NCBI RefSeq assembly: GCF_018977255.1
Contig: NW_024704751.1
Span: 9,362,001 to 9,426,000, forward strand
Direction: 5' to 3'
From: Callorhinchus milii
Lineage: Eukaryota
Length of the DNA: 64,000 nt
This document shows, piece after piece, positions 13,501 to 24,100 of this stretch (its first letter is position 1; each line of letters begins with the position of its first letter). The position numbers and the translations under genes are program-made. The notes beneath the pieces were generated by a model. That model did not search any database, was not told where the DNA came from, and saw only the letters and a program-made list of their open reading frames with translations.

Positions 13501-16230
13501 ATATGGTGGTTTGCAACCTTATCATTCGCACCACCTCTGCCATCGAAGCCCTTATTCATGTCTTTGCCATCTCGAATACCGATTTCTACAATGTCCTCTG
13601 TTTACCTAGCAGTAAATAGGAAACCTGTTGTTAGTCGATTGGCAGATCACTCTCCGGGGGTAATAATCCCTTTAAAAAAAAAACAGAATTTGGTCACTCA
13701 TTCCACGACTGTTTGTGGGACACTGCTGTGCACAATTGGCTACCGTGTTTCCCCACAAAATATAGTCAATTTAATTTACAGTGTATTCTGCAAAGTGCTT
13801 TAAGAGGCATAATAAGGCGCTATAACAAATGTAATGATTATTATTATCATAGTTCCTCCCAATAATCACACCTCCAAAACCATAGTTACTACACTTTACA
13901 GTAAATCCTGTAAAGAACTCTGAGATGTCCTTCTGATGTGAAAGGTGCGAATATCAAATGCAAAGATTATTATAGCATTATAAATATTCCTTGCATTTGA
14001 TATAATGCCTTATCACATCAGCAAAACATGTCAAAGCTCACAGGATTCATTCTAAAATGTAGTGACTACTTATTTGTAGGCAAACTCAGCAGCCAATTTG
14101 CACACTGCAACAAAGTCATGAATTGAATGACCAATTTTATCTGGAGGGTTGTTAGTCAGATTATTGGGAGAAACTCCCTTCTTTTCGGACAGTGTCACGG
14201 GATCTTTAACGTCTGTCTGAACAAGCAGCAGGAACCGCTGTACAACATCTCCAGGAACGGTTGGTGGCAGCGAAAGAGGCATTCAGTAACTGAAAGCATT
14301 CAACGTTCAATTCAGTATTCGCCGCAGGACAGACCAGACCCGTAGTAACACCACAACGAGACCCTAATGTTTATGTCTCCACAGCACTTCCATTTGTAAA
14401 CCAGAACACTTGCAATCTTGGCATGCTCCAGTTTACAACTCACAGTATAAAGAACACTCACCAAAGTACTGTGGTTTCTCCCAGAGCTGTGATTATTAGT
14501 CTGCCAAGTCCACTTTGCTTATCACTACTTCAGCTTTACGTTATGTTGCTCAAAATGTTCAGTCCAGATAGAAAGACAAACATCTGCAAATTATATATAT
14601 TGGTCACTTTTCACAGTTCAACTAAACAACACATTTCATCATAATTATTTTACCTCAATCCTAGTTTTTTTTTTAAAAAAAGCCTGCAGTGCAGTAAAGC
14701 TCATACGCCGAACCAATCACTAAAACCCAAGCCACAAAACCATCTCTAACTTCACCTTCATCAAATCCTGCAACATTCAGCCTTGCGTTAGTAGTCGTGT
14801 TTCAAATATAAAAGCAGAGGTAACAGATTGTACGCGGTCTACAAAGGTTTACAAAAAATTGTTCGCACTGTTCTCCAGCACAAATGCTTTGGGTGCAAAG
14901 CCATCGATACTAACAGCAAAGGCAGCATTGTTGGCTCTGCTGAACACCAGCCCCCATCAGATGAAGGCTCACCTCAGCCCTGGTGTCATGGAGGCACCAG
15001 CAGGGGACAGAAGCTTCCTGGGAAGGAGTCACCCCCCCACCCCCAGCCCACCCCACCCCCAGCCCTTCCCACACAGCTTACACAGCCCCTACTCAACAGC
15101 AGGATCCAAACTCTCCTTTTAGGACCACACGCTGGAAGAAGATACCCCCAGGGGCAGGCAGGGCGCTGGGAGCATAACGCTGCAACCCAAAAAGGTTGCA
15201 AACCTGCCCAAAATCAGGACTCTGCCGAGTCTTGTGCGTTTTTCCCCTGAAGGGCCGGTTTCAGAAGCCGCCTCTCCAGCCCTAAACCTGCGACCACCAC
15301 AGCAGCACAAGGCTGGAGGCGGGTGCACCCCCCCGGACCGGGGCTGACCAGGCGGGTCTCCCACTCGCAGAGAGGAGGAGGCGGCGCCGGTGCGGACGTA
15401 TCGATTCATTCAAAGAAACAGCGGATAATCGACGAAAACGCTCTTTTCCCCCATTCCATTCCCAGTCAAATCTGTGATAGCACCACCAGTGCAAAGGTGC
15501 GGGCATTCACTTCCTGCTCCAGCAGCAGCAGTCTGCAGTCTGCAGTCTGCAGGCAATAATATCACAACAAACAAGGACCACTGGGTTTACTGCCTGCCAC
15601 ATGGTGCTGGCCAGCCGGCCGGGGAGTCCTGGTCTGCATTGACCCCAAACGATCCTGTTGCCACAACGTGTGCACTGCATACTGCACCCGCCGCACGTAC
15701 ACAAAGTGAATAAGACTGCAGAACAGTCAACTGTGTGGGGGGGAGGGGGTGGGGGTTGGGTTGGGAATCTGAGCAGCGTTTGGAAAACGAGATGTAGGGT
15801 GATTTTTTAGGGAGAGAGAGAGAAAGAGAGAGAGAGAGAGAAAAAAAAGAGCACTTCATTTGTTTTAAAACCGACACGTTGTCTCAACGTGGGGCGATGC
15901 AGTGTTTTTGGGCTCAACCAAATAATTAGGAGATGTATCCTGATACCGGTCTCCATACATTCCCCCAGCACCGATTTTTCACCAGAGCCTTGAACTGTTC
16001 TTTGGACCAGTCGTGTACGTGAAACAGAAGAAAAAAAAAGGGGGGGATGAAAGACAAGACAATGAAACGTTGCCCCCCCTTTTTACATCAGGGCCTCTTC
16101 GGTCTGGTGCTGGTGGTGGTGGTCGTCGTCTTCCACTGGATTTCTAAGATGCTTTTATAACGTTATGAAGGGGGAAAAAATGCCAATTCAAGAGCGAACT
16201 GGGACATGAATGGAGTGTACGCCTCTTATT

Positions 16231-16387
16231 NNNNNNNNNNNNNNNNNNNNNNNNNNNNNNNNNNNNNNNNNNNNNNNNNNNNNNNNNNNNNNNNNNNNNN
16301 NNNNNNNNNNNNNNNNNNNNNNNNNNNNNNNNNNNNNNNNNNNNNNNNNNNNNNNNNNNNNNNNNNNNNNNNNNNNNNNNNNNNNNN
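16231..16387. other. Assembly gap (N run)
   Basis: 157 consecutive N next to the GC-rich NCOR1 first exon/intron region. Confidence 0.99.
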
Positions 16388-16479
16388 TCGTCACGTTTTG
16401 CCAGAGCACAGTGCAAAAGTGATGGAAATAAAAATTAAACCCAGACTGGAGAGAGAGAGAGAGAGAAACCCCGCCCTCC

Positions 16480-18120
16480 AACCCCTCCTGATCCCAATCC
16501 CCCGACTGACTGCCCGGCGCCTTGGGACGTCCTCCCGACACGAAAAGGACCGCCGGACATGTCGGGAGGACGTCCCCGAGGAGCGACTCCTGACCTGGAG
16601 ATTAACGTTAAAAGCTGAAGGGTTGGGGGGGTGGGGGGGAGGGGGAGGTGTGAGGAGCTCCCGGCTACACTCACCCTGTGAGCCGCCCGAAGACTCGGCC
16701 GCAGACTCCGGCTTCACTGTCCTGCCCCCCCACTCCCCACTCCCCCCAGTGAGCTCAGGGGCCTCACAGGGCCACTCGTCCTACCCGTGGAGGTGCTCGG
16801 CGGTCGGTGGTCGGGACCCCCAGCCAGGCCGCCGCCACCAACCCCCTCGCGGGCGTGTCCTGCTCGGCGGGTGGGCCTCCCGGGGCCCCGGGCTCCCCTG
16901 TCCGGTCCGGTCCGGCTCTAATCCCGGTGGGCAGCCGCCGCCATCTTGAATGCGAAAGGCTGAGGCGAGAAGCCGAGCTGCTGCCGCGGGGCGGGGGCGG
17001 AATATGGCGATCGTCAGCGAAAGCGGCTTCAGCATTTGAGCCGCGCCATCCCCGCGGGCCCCGGGGTCTGGGCCGCTGGCGCTACCCCCGGTGTGTGTGT
17101 GTGTGTGGGGCTCCGCTCGAGGTGCCGCCGCCGCAGCTCCGGCCGCTTCTGACCCCGTTTCTTTCCGGACCCGATTCCGTCAGACACGCGGCGCTCTGCG
17201 CATGCGCCAGGTCCTCACCGGGGGGAAGACGGAGCCGAGCGGTGGCGCCCCGCGGGTCAGCGGTGGCCCCGGGGAACGGCTCCCGCCCACCCATCGCCAA
17301 CCGCGGGCGCCCCGGGGCGCTCGGGGCCCCGGTACCCGGTCCCTCCGGTGATGGGGCGCTGGTCACGCTCCTTCTGTATGTCCCAACAGGGACCCGGCGG
17401 TGTAACAGTAATGTCGTCCGGAAGACAACAAATGCTCTGGAAACCCCCCCCCCCAGAGAGCCCCCCCTCCCCTCCCCGCTCCCTCCACCCCCCAGCGCGA
17501 GATTATGCCCATCGGGGCGGCCTCACTGGGGGTCAGTCACGGGACCCCGGGTTTGACTGATGCGGCAGTGGGGTCTCTCGGGGGAGGTGTGGCCCCGCGG
17601 GGCGAGACGGGGCGGAACGTTCGTGCGGGGCGGCGGGTGACGGTTGGCGGATGGAGCGCGTGGGGAGGAGGTGAGGTGTGCGCGGTGGCGCGGTTGCCCG
17701 CTGCCATGGAGACGCCGGGCCTGGCGGGAGCCGGGCTCCTGGCGGCCGCTCTCTGCCTCGGCCTCTCTCTGTGGATGCGGAAAATCAGCGGCGAAATCAG
17801 GGGACGTGAGCGGCAGCGCCTGGGCTTGTGGTTGGCGCCGGCGGCGGGAGAGGGAGAGGGCGCGGCGGCGGGCGGGGGCCTGTCCCCGCCTGTGACCGGG
17901 GGCCTGAGGCCGGCGCTGCTGGTGATCGCTCACCCGGACGACGAGTGCATGTTTTTCGCTCCGGCCGCGGTCAGGCTGGTGGGCTGCGGGGTCCCCGTGC
18001 GGGTCCTGTGTTTGTCGGCAGGTAATGGCGGCGGCTCGGCCCTGCGAGATAACTGCGATGAAGAGCTGTCGGTCGTTCCCACTTGACAACCCGAGGCCGC
18101 GCAGTGACGGGGCGGAGGGA
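16480..18120. promoter_or_regulatory. CpG island / bidirectional promoter shared by NCOR1 and PIGL
   Basis: Very high GC and CpG density between divergent genes. NRF1 palindrome TGCGCATGCGC at 17197-17207, GC boxes (GGGGCGGGGGCGG near 16987-17000) and a YY1 motif on the minus strand. Confidence 0.85.
16675..16990 (-). other. NCOR1: Probable non-coding exon 1 of NCOR1 (5' boundary approximate)
   Basis: GC-rich segment ending in a strong minus-strand donor CAGG|GTGAG at 16675/16674. It contains an AAGATGGCGGC (YY1-type) motif near 16935-16947, typical just downstream of CpG-island start sites. Confidence 0.6.
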
Positions 18121-21100
18121 GAGGCAGCTCTGCTCTGCTAACATTTCTGGAGTCCTGTAGCTCAGTGGTTAGAGCACTCGCTTTGCGAGTGACAGACCTG
18201 AGTTCAATTCCAGGCAGAGGGCGAAACCTCGGGCAAGTTTCCTTACTCCACACAGAGCCTAATAATAATCCCTCCAAAAAACCCAAAACAATAATAAATT
18301 GGTCATTTTCAATCCACGACTGTCTGTGGGACATTGCTGTGCGCCATTGGCTGCCGCGTTCGCCCATAAATATAGTCAATTCACTTTACAGTGTGTTCTG
18401 TGAAGCGCTTTGGGACGTCAGGAAGACGTGAAAAGCGCTATATCAAATGCGAGGATTATTATTATTGCTGTGGCTGACCGGGTGGAGAGTCCGGGCGGGG
18501 ATTCCTCCCAGGGTGGGGGGGGGGGGGGGGGTAACAGGGTCAAAGCCGTCACTGGGAGGGAAGGGACGATTCCCGCTCCGCTCCTGTGAACACTGCAAAC
18601 CGAAGCCCTAACGGTCGGGGGTGGTCCTTGGTGGGCGGCGCTCACTCACACACCGGGTGGTTTCAGCTCGTTACACTGCCATAGTACCCCCCAACACACT
18701 CTGGGGTCCCCAAACCTCAGCTCTCGCCAACCTGAGCCTAATTCCCTCCGGGATGAGGTAAGCAGTATATGTCCCCCCCCCGGGGGGGAGGGGGAGGGGG
18801 GAGCATTCACATTCCCTCTACACGCAGGTGTCCAGCCTCGACATCTGTCTGATGTGGACACTCTTTGGCTGGTGATAGATCTGCACGTGTGTCAGACACT
18901 CAGCTGATCAAAAAGAAAACCTTATCCCACAGCCCATGCTGTTGCCGACTTGGCCTGGGAGGACCTGTACCGCGTGTCGCGGTACAGATGTTCAATATTC
19001 AGCACAATGCCTTTCGCTGACGGCTCCCAGATAAACATTGATTGAGTTGTTAATTAATCTTCCCTGTGAGTTATATGGAGAAGAGGAGTGCATCGCAGAT
19101 TCGTCCAGCTTTTTAATAGAGGCTGATTCGGAACGCTACCGTTGCAAGCCCGTTGCTAACAATGAATAACTTCACTGCTTGAAAGTTATCAAACGGGACG
19201 TTTAGCAATGGCGGAGCCAGGATTTGAGGAATGAGGAAAGAGAGCGATTTCCTATTGAAGAGCCAATAAACTAGTATCACTCTATCTGACGTCTGGGTCA
19301 CTTCACTCTCAGCTCTGATTAAATAAATCTAATCGCCAATTTGTGATGTAAAACAGATGGAAAATATTACTACTTGTTTTAGGTACGTTTAATATTTTCC
19401 AGCAAACGGTATTTGAGCCACTTAGCTCTCTATCTGAGGTATCCCATTCTCCCATTTGCCAAAATTGCAGCCAAAGTCTTTAACGTTTAGAGAAAACAGA
19501 TGTAATTAAATTATTACTGTTTCAATGTGAATACAATACAGTACTATTTTTGTTGGTTTGTCAGCCTGATCTGGTCACACACGGACACTCATCGCCATTC
19601 TGTGTCCAAAGCAAACTGAGAGTTTCATCTTTGCATGGAAATTTCCCTGTTATGGAATAGAATGAGAGCACCCTTCCAGGAACGACACACCCTACTTATC
19701 TAATTCCAGAGAGTATAAGATGCAGGTTAACTCCAGAATATGCATTGGTGTATCACTGAGATTTAATCAGCTGAACCGACATAGCTTGGCATTGAGAGCA
19801 CTGTCTTTGTCAAGCTTTCCTGCTGCTTGTCCAGCAGTACTGATCCCTGCCTATACCAGGCAGCTCTTGCCCTTATTGTACCACACTGACATTCAACGTC
19901 AGCTCTTTGAATTTTCTCTGAAAAACCCAAATGAATGGATTTTAATAACCTAATTAATTGAAATCCTGGTAATGATTATTTTTAATTAATTATAATTTTC
20001 CCAAACCGTTGAGTCTCTACATTTGGTGATGTTTTAACTATAATATATACTTTGCACGGTTCTGCAACAAAGCAAAGCAGCATTGTAATAAACCACAAAT
20101 CCACAATGACCGGTCTTGACTAGATTTTTATCACCAGAACTATATATAGAACAACTAAGATTTAAAACAGGTTATTTTCCTGATTTTAAGATAAATAATG
20201 AGTTAACGTTGTGTGGATGTTCTGTATTTTTTGCACACCCTCAGTGCTGTGAAAGTGAGAAACTGCGGCTCTTTGATGCTTTCAGGGAATTTCTACAATC
20301 AAGGGGAGATTCGTAAGAAAGAGCTACTGGAGAGCTGTGGTGCTCTAGGAATCTCCTTGTCCCATATAACCGTCCTAGACCACAGGTAGGTGACTGCTGC
20401 AGTGTTAATTAAAAACACATTTGCACTGTCCTGAGGGTTTCGGCAGCCTGCGGAGTGAGACAGTGGCAGAGCTGGGTGATTATTGGGGAGGTGGGGGAAG
20501 GCAGAGTGGGTTATGGCGCAGCCAACTGTACCTCTCTACCTCTGTCCTCACCTTCAAAGCCCTCCATGGTCTTGCTCCCCCGACCTCTGTGATCTCCTAA
20601 CCCCCTACCATCCTGCTCACTCCCTCTGCTCTGCTTCACGTTCCCCACCTCACTTGCCCCACTATTGGCAGGTGGGCCTTCTGTCACTCTGCCCCCACTC
20701 TCTGGAACTCCAACCCGCAGTCATGCCACCTCACCCCCTCCCTTGCTTCCTTCAAGACCCATCTCAAGACCCTCCTCTTCGACCATGCTTTCGATCTCCC
20801 TGCTTCCCCACCCTGTGCCCTCCTCCCCCACCCCCCACCGATTCCGACCCCCAGCTCGGGTCCGAAACTCTGTCTGTCCGGTACCTTGGAACGTCCTCCT
20901 GATGTGAAAGGCGCTATACAAAATGTAATTTTGTTGTTGTGGTTGTTGTCTCACCTAAAGCTCTTAGTACTGGACCTCCATGCCCAAGATTTAAGCTTTG
21001 TGTTTTAGAGAATTCACTGTGGGTTACAAAGTGCTTGTTTGGATGATCTTTCTGTAATAAAGTGTGTTGTATTACGCAAACACAACGCACAATCTCTTGT

Positions 21101-24100
21101 GGCAGAGTGTGTTCACAACATTCCCAGGAATGCCTTTGTCTTGGCAATACCAATGCCAACTTTCTTTGCTTGGCATCCACATGCCAAGTTCTAGATGGCG
21201 GCATTCCATTCAACTAAGCTATGGGTTATTTTTCTCCCCTCCTTAGCCATTTTTCAAACCTCTTTTGCTGCTCTGGCTGGCATCAACTAACTCAGGTCAT
21301 CAATGGAACCTTGACCTTTCTGGCTTTACTGGCTTAGTAGTACACTGATTTATTTATTTTATTCATTCATTCACTGCCATCAGGGAACACTTTTATCTTT
21401 TTTTAAAAAATGTTAAATGCAGAGTCAATAGAACATCAAACTAATTCTTTGGAATATGGTCATGCTTGATGTGTGTGAAAAGATATTGGGTCATACCAAC
21501 TTACATAGAGTTACATAGAGTGATGTGGCATGGACATAAGCCATTTGGCCCAAACTCCTGATGTTTCTTCTACACAAACCCCTTACCTATAAATCATAAT
21601 AATAATAACGCGATCAGGCTGTATCAAATACAAGGATTATTATTATGATAAAGGCATGATCAAAGAAAGACTTTTAAGAAAGTTTTGAAGGCAGAAGGGA
21701 AGGTACAAGAGAAAGGCAATCTTTTGTGATGAGATAAATCGGGAAGGCGTCCCAAAATAATTCACCAATAATAGGTTGAGGTTTTTCCTCCTAATTCATC
21801 TTTGCTTCAAATGACCTATTATATAGAGAAACGTTTGCATTTGAGGGTTAATTGTTTTATGGGGAGCCTTGCTGTTTCTCTTCATGGCTCCCTGGCTCTG
21901 TCAATGTTTAGCAATGAACATGCTAATACTGAGCTTTATGCTTGAATAGGAAGGCTGCGCTGACAGCCCTCCTATCCTGGGGCATTCTGGGTTCTATTAT
22001 AATCGGTAGATACGTGCACTGTGCTCTGATGCATTAGCAGTGAACTGACCTGACCCTGGGCTCTGTGATGCTAAAGGAAGTGCTGGATGGATTGCTTTGA
22101 CAGCACGCTCGGAGGTCCTGCAGACTCACAACATGCTGCTGCTTTGCATTCTGCAGCAAGACACTTTGTTCACCCGTCCGCGAGGACTTCTCGCGAGCTA
22201 GGTTCCCCGTTTGATTAAAACTTTAACGTAAAGACCATCAATGTAAACCACAAGCAGAGATACCTTCACAATCTGCCTCACAGATGTCACATTTGCTGTT
22301 TAGTAGTAATAATAATAATCCTTGCATTTGATACAGAGCCTAATCACGTCTTCGAGACGTCTCAAAGCGCTTCACAGGATAAACTGGAAAGTGAATTCAT
22401 TGTATATTTTGTGGGCAAAACAATGTGCCGGTACATCAATTTGTTGTGACGCAGTCCAGCTGTGTATTACCTCTGTTCAGGTGTTGACAGACTGACTGGC
22501 CACCTCTTAGCTCTTTTTAGCTTGAACCTCTATTCAGAAGGCTGGCTCACTGCAGCTGCAGGGAGGTGATGGGCATTAGCATTGGCGAGGAGCCCCTGGA
22601 CAACATACGCTGCTGCTATGTTGTGAAGCGCAAGGAAATTCCTACATCCAACCACAGTAGTGTGGCCACACCGAGGTGCTGCACTGCACTGCACTGCTGG
22701 GGCCCCTTGAGTTGCAGAGTCTGTGTGTCTGTTGGAGACTGCATTCTGGGGACTGCTCCACATCAACATATTTAATTCGTTGTGTGACCTTGTCTCCCAA
22801 GGCAGTCAATAAAGACTGTTGCTGACAAGTCTCCTTTTATACACAATCTTGGAGGCTGTATTGGTGTGCCCCGCGAGACCATAATAGATTTATCAATCGT
22901 AAAGAACCCTCCCCACAACCACCCACCCACATACACACACACAGACACCCACCCACCCCCTTCCTGTAGGTCAGAGTTCAGCAGCTGCATTTCAGAAGCC
23001 ACAGGCTATAAAATTAGCATGAGAAGCGCTCGCTCGCTGCCAGAGGTTACTCCGGGTCATTGGTGCTGTTGCCATGGCAAAATCATTGCGTAAGGTCTTG
23101 CTTTCCTGGAGCAGTGTTGTGAAGTGCCATCTCTTGCTGGCAGCAGTTCAAAGCATTTGGCTTGACAATGTTTAACTCTTTGACGACTGAGGATTTTATT
23201 GAGCGAAAGTTTTTTTTNATTCAGGCCCCGACCGCAATCGACTAACAACCAGATTCCTACTTACTGTGAGCAAAACAGAGGCGTGTGCAGTAAGGAAATC
23301 TGCCCAACGTTTCGCCCTGCCTGGGAATCAAACCTAGGTCCTCCCGCTTGCGAGGAGAGCGCTCTAACCACTGAGCTACGGGACTCCGTATGTGAGCTGT
23401 TTCCTCAGCAAAATTATAACCTTCTGACTCATTCTATGGCTCAGTTTGCAGCATTCTCGCCTTTGGGTCAAAAGGTTGATGGTTCTTGCCGCATACCAGG
23501 TCTTGACATTATGTAGGGTTATGATCATAACCTGGAGGAAGTTCTGCATTGTCAGACACCAATTTTTGGATGAGATGTTAAACTAAGGTTGGGATGTTAA
23601 ACCAAGCCTCCACTGTGACCACTCTAGTGCTGAGCTAACTCAGGCCAGATCAACTCAACACAGACCGGGGATTGAACTTGGGACCTTAAAAAACAGACAT
23701 ATCTCAATTTTACCCCTTTCATTCCATCCGGTCTTAAGGAGTAAATAGCTTTTGCGTGTGATGGCTTGGAGTCGTGCTCCGCCACTGTCAAGCACTCTGG
23801 GACGCTACCCTACACAAGCTGTTGTTGTTGATGGACTTGACCCTTGAACCAAATGTGATTCACAGCAAGTAAGTTCTAGATGTAAATACTTCTCTTGATG
23901 GATTGTGTATTTGGTTTGTGATTAATTTCCCTCCCTGGCCCCAATCCCCCTCCCTCCCCCCTTCCACCCTCTTCTGCTTGTGACCCAGTGACCTCCGCAG
24001 GCTCTGATTTATACATTGATCCATCACCCTGCCTGACTGCAGTAACTGCTGGAGCTCCACACTAGAAGCTGTCAGGATCCTTTTGAAATCCTCTGTATAA

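Noticed and set aside
16206-17560. Long ORFs of 247 and 249 aa and overlapping ORFs across the NCOR1/PIGL promoter
   Set aside because: Pro/Gly/Arg-rich products expected from stop-poor CpG-island DNA; one spans the N gap; no recognisable domain.
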